Positions 1-7,627 are shown, counted from the stretch's first letter. The stretch is 64,000 bases of DNA from an uncultured Prevotella sp. (GCA_900319305.1 ONNY01000010.1:16391-80390), one strand, 5' to 3'. Notes: a model not told the origin generated them from the sequence alone. Numbers and translations: made by a program.

Positions 1-1
1 C

Positions 2-340
2 CAAAAGGGGTGGGAGGCTCATCAGAATGAAGACTGGGCCGAGGCTGCCAAGTATTACAAAGAGGCCGCTGAGTGTGGACATACAGAAGCCATGGAGGCT
101 CTTGGCGAGTTTTATATCTCTGGTTGGATAGGGGAGAACCACGAGAAGGGCCTGATGTGGCTTGAACGAGCAGCAGAACAGGGGAGTGCTGATGCCTGCT
201 GTGCTCTTGGCCACTACTATTTCGACGGCTATGGTGACGAGCCAAACCATCTTTTGGCCAAAGAGTGGTGGGAGAAGGCTATTGATCTAGGCTCTGATGC
301 AGCTGAGATGTTTTACGAAAAGTATTTTGGCAATAAATAA
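2..340 (+). CDS. Sel1-like repeat protein (5' end outside window)
   Basis: Frame is open from base 2 (QKGWEAHQNEDWAEAAKYYKEAAECGHTEAMEALGEFY...). Repeated A-x-x-G-x-x-x-A-x-x-x-LG-x-x-Y-x-x-G SLR pattern. Confidence 0.85.
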   Translation, partial: QKGWEAHQNEDWAEAAKYYKEAAECGHTEAMEALGEFYISGWIGENHEKGLMWLERAAEQGSADACCALGHYYFDGYGDEPNHLLAKEWWEKAIDLGSDAAEMFYEKYFGNK

Positions 341-351
341 AATATATTATT

Positions 352-927
352 ATGGCAAACTATTGTGATACAAGCTATGTGGTTGAGGGCAACAAAGAAG
401 AACTTGATAACCTTTATAATACAATGTATAAACTCCAGAACATGGAGAAACCTTTAGTTGAGAATGGTTTTGGCACGACTTGGCTGGGATGCTTGATTGC
501 TGAGTTGGGAGGGCGCTTCGAGGATTATTATTGCAAAGGTGAATGGGCTTGTTTGGAACGTCTGGAAGATACAATTAGATTCTCAACTGAGTCTGCTTGG
601 CAACCTCCCTTCGACACCATAGGCTTATTACAGGAGAAGTTCCCTTCCTTATCTTTTTATTTCATAGCTGAAGAACCAGGTTGCGAGGTTTTCCTGAAGA
701 ATGATAAAGAGGGCAAATACTTTCCAGAAAACTATCTGTTATTTCTTGTTCTTCCGGATAATAGAGAAGGGGATGGTGTGAGGTTTCAAAGCAAAGCTGA
801 TGCCTATCGATATATTTCAGAGAAGACAGGTCAATGCATATCTTCTGATGAGGAATTGAATATCTATCAAAAGGATTTAAGAGTAAAGGGTGGAATATGC
901 TATCTATATCAATACGAATGCATATAG
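352..927 (+). CDS. Hypothetical protein, YubB/DUF1281 ferredoxin-like
   Basis: 191-aa ORF. N-terminal MANYC and internal FSTESAWQPP...FIAEEPG resemble the MPNWC / F-x-TAW-x-PP / E-x-G motifs of YubB-like proteins. Confidence 0.55.
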   Translation: MANYCDTSYVVEGNKEELDNLYNTMYKLQNMEKPLVENGFGTTWLGCLIAELGGRFEDYYCKGEWACLERLEDTIRFSTESAWQPPFDTIGLLQEKFPSLSFYFIAEEPGCEVFLKNDKEGKYFPENYLLFLVLPDNREGDGVRFQSKADAYRYISEKTGQCISSDEELNIYQKDLRVKGGICYLYQYECI

Positions 928-1046
928 TCCATTGATTGTTTAACTTAAATAATAAGGCGTATGTTTACATTATGTTGTGTATTGATTGTGTTAGGTGCTT
1001 ACGTAGTATGATAATTGTCGAAGAATTATTGTTTCTTAACCGTTTT

Positions 1047-1080
1047 AAGAGCCCTTGCTTAGTGCAGGGGCTCTTGTTTT
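1047..1080. terminator. Bidirectional intrinsic terminator
   Basis: AAGAGCCCTTGC-ttagt-GCAGGGGCTCTT hairpin followed by a T-run, between convergent genes. Confidence 0.8.
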
Positions 1081-1086
1081 AGGTTG

Positions 1087-2148
1087 TTAGAAGATGTCGT
1101 AGTGTTCAACGATATCTCGTTTTCTGAGGAGGAAGTTCATGCTGGATTCCATGAGGTTAGTACGTTTAATATCCTGAGGAGACCATACTTTATTGTGTGT
1201 GGCAAAGTACGTCAGCATGTTATACAGTTCCCATACCGTTTTATTACTCTTTGCCAGAGCCATATGCTCTGTGTCCACTTCATATCCTGCATCCTTATAT
1301 AGATTCTTTGTCTCAAGATATGGGATGATCTGGTTGGCATCTTCATCATTTACATGCTGTTGTTTCAATATGTTGACTGCGGCCCCCAGTTCGCGTACAG
1401 AAGCCTTTGTATTCATAGATTGTTTTGCACTTTCTAACATTTTTTCCACATTCCTTTTTATGGGGTCTGAATCGGCATTTAATTCAAGCAACTTGTGAAA
1501 GTTCTCAATAGTTGGAGCTGCAATTTTAGAAATTGCATTCTGTGAAGTCTGCGTTTGTCCGTTTGAACAAACAAGACGTATGTAATAGTTGCCTAGTGCA
1601 ATTTCTCCTGGTGTCCAGCGGAAGTATAATCCGTTAAATAAGAATTCGTCTCCTTTTGCAAACTCCATGAACTTCTCTTTAACAGGTCTCATGATGAGTG
1701 AGATACTATCTACTGGCCCCATGTTATATTCCATCTTCTCTGGGATATATTGGTTTTTATCCATAAACATCTCTGCAAAGTCGAAAAATGCATGTGGTAA
1801 GATCACGCTTTGCTTTATAGGAACTGCGCTCACTATTTGCTTGGAATGCGTGTTTGCAACTAAGACAAGTTTGCTGTCATTCTCGTTCTTTGCCTGTCCA
1901 AAGAAGTTGCGTAGATTGGTAAGGCCTTTTTCACCATAACTATCGTACGCCATACGAGTCTGATTATTTTTTATGCCCAAATAACTGTCAATTCTACCAG
2001 CTACTCCAGGATCAACATATACTTCTGTATTCACAATATTATAGAAGTTGTCTCCTAAAGCAACAATCTCTTTGGGCTCTACCTCTCGATAGATAACAGG
2101 TAGATTCAATATCTCTTGTTTGATTTTGTTGTATTCACTTGTATCCAT
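1087..2148 (-). CDS. DUF932/DUF945-like protein
   Basis: 353-aa ORF with RLVCSNG (R-x-x-C-x-NG) and a C-terminal KTVWELYNMLTYFATH helix typical of this family. Confidence 0.65.
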   Translation of the reverse strand: MDTSEYNKIKQEILNLPVIYREVEPKEIVALGDNFYNIVNTEVYVDPGVAGRIDSYLGIKNNQTRMAYDSYGEKGLTNLRNFFGQAKNENDSKLVLVANTHSKQIVSAVPIKQSVILPHAFFDFAEMFMDKNQYIPEKMEYNMGPVDSISLIMRPVKEKFMEFAKGDEFLFNGLYFRWTPGEIALGNYYIRLVCSNGQTQTSQNAISKIAAPTIENFHKLLELNADSDPIKRNVEKMLESAKQSMNTKASVRELGAAVNILKQQHVNDEDANQIIPYLETKNLYKDAGYEVDTEHMALAKSNKTVWELYNMLTYFATHNKVWSPQDIKRTNLMESSMNFLLRKRDIVEHYDIF

Positions 2149-2152
2149 AATG

Positions 2153-2995
2153 CTACTTCATTTCTTTGTTAAACAAATTGTCGAACTGATTGGCGAAGTC
2201 TCGAATCTGAGTCGATACATCCTTCTGTAAGTTGCGTAGTTGTAACTCTTGCTGGTAACGCTCTTCATCGAAAAAGACATCGCCTTTACTACTGAGGTTA
2301 TAGTACAGCTTCACACCCACATCGCCTCGGCGATGCTTGGAGAACACCACAAAACGGTCGCTATACACGTTCTTGGGGTTGTCCAGTCTGAGCTCCATCA
2401 TCGCAGTGATCATGTGTTTCAAACGATTGGTGCCAGCAAATGAGCCCTTCTTGGTAACTTGTTGGATGGTGAGGAAGGTGGTATTGGTGTTGGTGGCGTT
2501 TTCTGCTTTATTATGCTTCTTGATAAGCGAGAGCAGTTTGGTCTCTGCCAGTCGCATAGAGATATCTTCTTCCTCTTTGATGATGCTCTGTAGCTCGTGG
2601 AAGGAGTCGATAGCCACGATGTCCCAGCCTTTCTCCAGTACTTCTTCTATCTCTTGCAGATGCTTCTTCTCACCCTCGAAATCGGCTTCTACGAACATGA
2701 TGTCCAGATTGCCGAATTTGGGATAACGCTTCACATAGATGGCTAGGTCGATCTCGTTCATCTCAGCACTGATAAAGAGTACACGAGCACCTTTGGTATG
2801 ACGAGTAATATTGGCTATGAGGTCGAGGATGACTGTGGTCTTACCAACGCCCGGGTCGCCAATGATCATATAGTTTACCCCCTTGGGCAGCCCTTTGTAA
2901 CTGCAGAGCAGATCGTCAAGGGCTGTCATAGAGTGGTAATTCTCGAAAAGTTCGACTCCGAACCTTACATCTCTCATTTTCACTATTTGGCTCAT
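2153..2995 (-). CDS. RecA-superfamily (RadA/Sms-like) ATPase lacking Zn-finger and Lon-like domains
   Basis: Walker A GDPGVGKTT, FISAE, Walker B VAIDS, QVTKKGSFAG, LKHMITA, KHRRG (cf. RadA KNRFG). ATG at 2995 overlaps the ligase stop (ATGA). Confidence 0.8.
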   Translation of the reverse strand: MSQIVKMRDVRFGVELFENYHSMTALDDLLCSYKGLPKGVNYMIIGDPGVGKTTVILDLIANITRHTKGARVLFISAEMNEIDLAIYVKRYPKFGNLDIMFVEADFEGEKKHLQEIEEVLEKGWDIVAIDSFHELQSIIKEEEDISMRLAETKLLSLIKKHNKAENATNTNTTFLTIQQVTKKGSFAGTNRLKHMITAMMELRLDNPKNVYSDRFVVFSKHRRGDVGVKLYYNLSSKGDVFFDEERYQQELQLRNLQKDVSTQIRDFANQFDNLFNKEMK

Positions 2996-4368
2996 GCTAC
3001 TTCCTCCCAACCTTTTTTGATGTTCGACTCCATTTCTGATGCGAGGATGCTGCGGATCTGCTGCTCGTCGGATGAGTAACTCATGTCGCGCTTCAGGATA
3101 TCCTTGCGGCCACTGCTGTAGTCGGTGTGGAAGAAGATATAGGCAGGATAACGACCTGTACGCTCCTTATTGGTCTTCCAGATGAGGAACTTGTGGAGCA
3201 TGATCTTGTCGCCTGAGATCTTACGGAATACCCTGCGCTCCAGCAACTGACTCTTCTCGAGTTTACCCATCGTGGCCTGTTGTTCCTCGAAAGGACAGAG
3301 ATCTGTCAGTTGTGAGATGCGGATGTCGGAAGGAGTAGGGGATTTGTCCTCGCGCTCACGTTCAAAGACAAGACCGAAAGCAGAGACTCCTGGTGTCATG
3401 CCATTCATGAGCCAACCTTTCTCCTCATCGAAGGTGAGTAGGGCATTGGTGCGTACCTTATCATCGTTGCCCTTGGCCACCAGTTCGATCACACTGAGTT
3501 CAAAGACAATCTCTGGTTTAACCATCTGATAGGCGATGCCTCGCGAATCGGAAAGGATGTACTGCGACTCGACATGCTGCTGACTGAGACGATTGAGCAA
3601 ACAGAGACGGGCCTCATCGGACAATCCACCTGATCCTACAGCAAACACTTGAAAGAGGCCGTCTTCTCTGCGAACAGCCATCATCAAATCGCGCACACCC
3701 TTGTCGCCTGTGGTATAGCCCACAATAGCGGCATCGATTGTATGGCGAGGCTTCACCTTACAGATGATATGGGAATCGGAATGAATGACAAGTCCTTCTG
3801 CGCCCTGACACTCTACCCATTCGTCGTAGATGGTCTGCACTTCTTCGAGAGACTCGGCAGTCATCATATCGACAGGTATTACATCATCACCCTGGAACCA
3901 CTTACAGAGTTGGGCGTGGGTATACTTGTAATGGTCGGCCTTCCAAGGTTCGTCATTCACTTCGAGAATATCGAATGGAGCCAGTCGGAGTTCGTTGCGC
4001 TGGGCAGGATCGGCGAGGGCTCGCTTGACATCGGCACATCTGGGACGACCTCCCTGTTTGGGCATAAAGAGTTCTGCAGCCACAACAACAGAGGAAACAC
4101 CTGCCTGCTGCATAGACTCTGCAAAGGCATGGATGCAACGCAGATCGTCTGCTATCTGGTTGCCTCCTGAGTTGAGCATATAAGCGGTGCCATCCTGATA
4201 GAACAAACACTGCAGATGACCATCAATCTTACGCGTGACACAGAAATCGGAACCATCCACACGTGACTTGATTTTAGCACCTTCAACCAGCATAAACTTG
4301 CCAGCGATATTCTTCTTGTAGTCGATAGCCTTCTGACGACTCTCGGCTGGGATATTATTCTTTTCCAT
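2992..4368 (-). CDS. ATP-dependent DNA ligase with C-terminal WGR-like domain
   Basis: Motif I TRKIDG (KxDG), III AAELF, IIIa PFDIL, IV EGLVI, V KVKP. OB-fold IDAAIVGY...VGSG...VKPEIVFEL...REDK. Extra ~95-aa tail ending KKGWEEV. Confidence 0.88.
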   Translation of the reverse strand: MEKNNIPAESRQKAIDYKKNIAGKFMLVEGAKIKSRVDGSDFCVTRKIDGHLQCLFYQDGTAYMLNSGGNQIADDLRCIHAFAESMQQAGVSSVVVAAELFMPKQGGRPRCADVKRALADPAQRNELRLAPFDILEVNDEPWKADHYKYTHAQLCKWFQGDDVIPVDMMTAESLEEVQTIYDEWVECQGAEGLVIHSDSHIICKVKPRHTIDAAIVGYTTGDKGVRDLMMAVRREDGLFQVFAVGSGGLSDEARLCLLNRLSQQHVESQYILSDSRGIAYQMVKPEIVFELSVIELVAKGNDDKVRTNALLTFDEEKGWLMNGMTPGVSAFGLVFEREREDKSPTPSDIRISQLTDLCPFEEQQATMGKLEKSQLLERRVFRKISGDKIMLHKFLIWKTNKERTGRYPAYIFFHTDYSSGRKDILKRDMSYSSDEQQIRSILASEMESNIKKGWEEVA

Positions 4369-4379
4369 AATGATTGTTT

Positions 4380-5087
4380 TTAGGATTCTTTACTGGGTAA
4401 ACTTTTGAGCTCAAGATGAGTGAGACGAAGGATGAGGGCATAGCTGTCTCCATCAACACGACCTTCGAGGAAAGCACGATAAGGAGTACCACCATTGCTC
4501 ATAACCAAGGGGGAAACGCCCTTCTGACCTCCACCTACGAGCATCATCACCTGCTGCTCATCAAGTTTCTTGGCCATATCGTAGAGGAAATCGTAGGTCA
4601 GTCCGTTGACATGACGTACCTGATAACTCTTCTTGAAGACAAATGTGCGCATCGCCTTATCTTTGGGAATCATCTTACCTGTCCAGCGGATGGGCATACC
4701 ATCTATCGCGATATTGCTGGGGACGGTGCTATCAGGCTTGGTGCCCTTCTCAGTACCATCAGGATGATAGAGGTGTTCGGTGAGGGTTACACCATAGGCC
4801 ACCTTCTTCTCTGGTGTGAGATAAACCTTACGGAGACCTTCGAGTTTCAGTCCGGCTTTCTCCATATCGATCTCAGGATCCTCAGCCATCAGAGCCTCTG
4901 GGAGAGAATCAGCAAAATGCTGTAACAGGGCATCAGGTTCTGTCTCGATCGTGGATTTTAGTCTGCGCTCAGAATGACCGATGCTGCCAGAGATGGTTTT
5001 ATATACTGTCTTTGTGCGCTTGGAGATGTTGCCAAAGGCTACTTCTGCATCTCTGCGACACTCGTTGGAAATATTAATCTTTCTCAT
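4380..5087 (-). CDS. Hypothetical protein, putative Ku-like beta-barrel subunit B
   Basis: IPKDKAMRTFVFKKSYQV...YDFLYDMAKKLDEQQVMMLV...RAFLEGRVDGDSYALILRL parallels the bacterial Ku core (VP..D....FD.SY.L...Y.LL...L.ET..MAIV...R.AAL). Manual alignment only. Confidence 0.6.
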   Translation of the reverse strand: MRKINISNECRRDAEVAFGNISKRTKTVYKTISGSIGHSERRLKSTIETEPDALLQHFADSLPEALMAEDPEIDMEKAGLKLEGLRKVYLTPEKKVAYGVTLTEHLYHPDGTEKGTKPDSTVPSNIAIDGMPIRWTGKMIPKDKAMRTFVFKKSYQVRHVNGLTYDFLYDMAKKLDEQQVMMLVGGGQKGVSPLVMSNGGTPYRAFLEGRVDGDSYALILRLTHLELKSLPSKES

Positions 5088-5109
5088 ACCTTATTATATT
5101 TATAGGGTT

Positions 5110-5709
5110 CTACATCATACTGAAATCAAGTTCGTCGATATCTTCCTCGACATCGTCTTCAAAGTCGTCGATGATGGTTTCTTCTGCGAGGGTGATCATC
5201 GGATAGTCGAGCTTACTGCCAGAGAAGAGGAAGAGACCAGCCTCTGTGCGCATGAGGAAGCCATCATTACAGGTGGATCCTCCACGATAACTGAAGGGGA
5301 AGATGTAGATATTGTCGCCAATAGCATCTGCCAGATCGGTGTTAGCCAACTGATAGACTGAGTCCCACTCATGGTCGAGGAACTCCTCTGCAGGAACGGT
5401 TTCATGCAAAGCGATGGGGGCATCGAAGGAAGAAGGGACAACCTTCAACTCCATACCATTCTCACTGTCGCAGGCTTTTAGTTCTGACTTCTCTACCCAA
5501 CGGCCTTCATCATCAACAGTACCTTGTTTGTAAGCACCTGATGGGATTACAAGAGCATCGTCGGGTGAGAGATAGGCAGAGATACAAGTGACGTTCTGCT
5601 TATCAGTAGCCACCATATTACTCCAACCATAGAGTTTCTTACGCTCCAGTTTGACAGGAGCCGAACCATATAGGTTCCCTCCAATTGAAAATACAAGTTC
5701 TTTTGCCAT
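5110..5709 (-). CDS. Hypothetical protein, putative Ku-like beta-barrel subunit A with acidic tail
   Basis: SAPVKL; YKQGTVDDEGRWVEKSEL; IALHETVPAEEFLDHEWDSVYQL; IFPFSYRG parallel Ku PVK, YKRV...G..V...L, IE..EFVPA.D....FD.SY.L and V.F.LR. D/E-rich C-terminus. Confidence 0.62.
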   Translation of the reverse strand: MAKELVFSIGGNLYGSAPVKLERKKLYGWSNMVATDKQNVTCISAYLSPDDALVIPSGAYKQGTVDDEGRWVEKSELKACDSENGMELKVVPSSFDAPIALHETVPAEEFLDHEWDSVYQLANTDLADAIGDNIYIFPFSYRGGSTCNDGFLMRTEAGLFLFSGSKLDYPMITLAEETIIDDFEDDVEEDIDELDFSMM

Positions 5710-5721
5710 AGTTCAAAATAA

Positions 5722-5871
5722 TTAAAGTGGATAATGTTTGTTCATAAACTCTCTGCCGAAAGCCAGTTGGAACTTGGCCTCGTTGATAACGCGCTTTAAG
5801 TCGTTATCATTCATCTTGCGCAGAATCTGTTTCATCTGCTGCATCAGTGTTTGCTTCTTTTCTTTGCTCAT
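5722..5871 (-). CDS. Small 49-aa protein, first gene of the Ku-like/ligase operon (not in ORF track)
   Basis: MSKEKKQTLMQQMKQILRKMNDNDLKRVINEAKFQLAFGREFMNKHYPL*. Follows a TAAATTTG -7 box and ends 12 nt before the next ATG. Confidence 0.7.
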   Translation of the reverse strand: MSKEKKQTLMQQMKQILRKMNDNDLKRVINEAKFQLAFGREFMNKHYPL

Positions 5872-5899
5872 AATCGTCGTATTTAATGGATTTCGTTTG

Positions 5900-5907
5900 C
5901 AAATTTA
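5900..5907 (-). promoter_or_regulatory. Bacteroidota -7 promoter box for the Ku-like/ligase operon
   Basis: TAAATTTG on the minus strand, 28 nt upstream of ATG 5871. No consensus -33 TTTG. Confidence 0.6.
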
Positions 5908-6024
5908 AGGAGATTTGTTTTTCATAGGTTGGTTATGTGACGTATATAAATTATAACACGTGTTACGAAAAATGTTACAGGATACTTACGAAAATAGGCT
6001 GCATCTCAGAAAAACTCAAATTAA

Positions 6025-6056
6025 TTTGGTTTTTCATTCGATTTACACTATCTTTG
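6025..6056 (+). promoter_or_regulatory. Bacteroidota sigmaA promoter
   Basis: TTTG-N20-TATCTTTG. Confidence 0.7.
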
Positions 6057-6328
6057 CACTCAGATTTGCAAAAAGGGACTGTCCCCGATGTGAAAATAGA
6101 ACGAGATATCTATGAAACCAGAAACCAAAAGCGCCCTTGGTGATTGTTGTTGGGCAGCATACTTAAAAGACGGCTCTCTCCGCGAGAACTCCCCGAATTC
6201 TTGTTATCTGCACTGAGATATATCAGTGCAAAGTTAGTCTTTTAGGCATTGAACCTGTGTTTGATGTCTATGGGATGGTGTGTGCTTTTTACTAAATATT
6301 TGAACTATAAAATAATTACCAAACAGAA

Positions 6329-6982
6329 ATGAATAACAATAAAAACAAAGATAGTCTGGGAAAAGTTAAGAAGTTGGCTTATATCGTAACACTGGACAAT
6401 ATGCTGAAGTCGTACGATGAACTGAACAAACAGGACGTAGACGGCATCGCGAAATGTGGCTGCAGTGTCAGTGATCTGACGGATGCGATCTGCGTGAAGT
6501 TGACGAACCTGGTGAACAGCGAGCGGACGTTGACCTGCAGAAACGTGCTGATAGCCAATTATGATACGATGACCGCCCCGCAGTATTGGCTGAATCACAA
6601 GTTGTTTGCCGACCTGCCGAAAGCCGATTCTGTCGCTTTGAAGAAGAAAGTACGGCAGATGGTGGATCTGATGGCTGAGTTGGCGATGAAGATATTCCAG
6701 TTGGGAGAGAGTCATAGCGAAGCGTTTTTCAAGAAACTCATGAAGAGTTACGAAGCCTGTCAGAAAACGCCCTATGATATCTGGAAATCACGACAACTCA
6801 GACTCACGATGAAGAAATATAAGCAATACCAGGCGGAACTGACTGCCGACATCCTGAACCTTGGTATCATGGATTACGACGATGAGCCGACGGATGAAGA
6901 AATTGCTGCTGTCAGACTCGACCTTCTCAAGTCGGAGATGTCGCGAGGCAAGGTGTTGTCGATCGCATCTTCGACAAACTGA
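6329..6982 (+). CDS. Hypothetical protein, probable 5' fragment of a frameshifted gene
   Basis: 217-aa ORF whose end overlaps a protein-like open frame that continues into the 7018 ORF. Confidence 0.6.
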   Translation: MNNNKNKDSLGKVKKLAYIVTLDNMLKSYDELNKQDVDGIAKCGCSVSDLTDAICVKLTNLVNSERTLTCRNVLIANYDTMTAPQYWLNHKLFADLPKADSVALKKKVRQMVDLMAELAMKIFQLGESHSEAFFKKLMKSYEACQKTPYDIWKSRQLRLTMKKYKQYQAELTADILNLGIMDYDDEPTDEEIAAVRLDLLKSEMSRGKVLSIASSTN

Positions 6983-7017
6983 CCAACGACCAGCGCATCG
7001 CCTTATATTACTATAAT

Positions 7018-7494
7018 GTGCAGATGAACCAGTTGCATCAGGACATGGATGAATTGCATCAGGAGGAGCCTTCTGCGAGCACCTATATGCCTTCACCTGA
7101 ATCTCAAGAAGATAGAATCCGCAGTTTCTTCAATAAGCAGGATGACCGCACCCAACAAGCGTGGCTCCGTGAAGCCATGAAAGCATTGATGGGCATAACT
7201 GATCATACAGGAAAAGCCATTTTCTGGCAGAAACAACATTGGATGGGTGTCTATCTGGTGTTAAGAGACCGGCTTGGCGTGCGTTGTCCTCAGACAGGAT
7301 TTGCAGAGTATGCCCAAAAGATTACGCCCCTGAATTGTCCGGATAACCTGAAAATCGGTCAGACCACGATGACGAACTTCTCCAAGCTTGTTATAGAGGA
7401 CAAGCCGTATTTTGAGATGAAGCACAACCCGTTTGAGGAGATCTGTAAGACACTATGGGACATTATTTTCAAGCAGATTCTTACTAAGATTTAG
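7018..7494 (+). CDS. Hypothetical protein, probable 3' fragment of a frameshifted gene
   Basis: Frame is open upstream of the GTG (DRIFDKLTNDQRIALYYYNVQ... from 6961). No AT-rich leader. Confidence 0.55.
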   Translation: MQMNQLHQDMDELHQEEPSASTYMPSPESQEDRIRSFFNKQDDRTQQAWLREAMKALMGITDHTGKAIFWQKQHWMGVYLVLRDRLGVRCPQTGFAEYAQKITPLNCPDNLKIGQTTMTNFSKLVIEDKPYFEMKHNPFEEICKTLWDIIFKQILTKI

Positions 7495-7550
7495 TATCGT
7501 CCATACTAAATTGATACTAAGTTATACTAACTCATACTCTGGCATACTAA
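7491..7550. repeat. Helically phased ATACTAA array
   Basis: ATACTAA at 7503, 7514, 7524, 7544, ATACT at 7534, and inverted TTAGTAT at 7491. Confidence 0.85.
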
Positions 7551-7553
7551 TTC

Positions 7554-7585
7554 TTTGCCAGAGTTTTTTGTTGTGTCTACTTTTG
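7554..7585 (+). promoter_or_regulatory. Bacteroidota sigmaA promoter of the primase module
   Basis: TTTG-N20-TACTTTTG, 42 nt upstream of ATG 7628. Confidence 0.75.
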
Positions 7586-7627
7586 CACCAGAAAATATTA
7601 GTATTAACATTTAAACATTTTAAAGTC

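Noticed and set aside
961-1011. 16-aa hydrophobic micro-ORF (MFTLCCVLIVLGAYVV) as a type I toxin
   Set aside because: Too short, and no antisense RNA signal; easily arises by chance in T-rich DNA.
2992-5709. Canonical Ku-LigD NHEJ locus
   Set aside because: No POL or PE domain and no single full-length Ku; treated instead as a non-canonical candidate.
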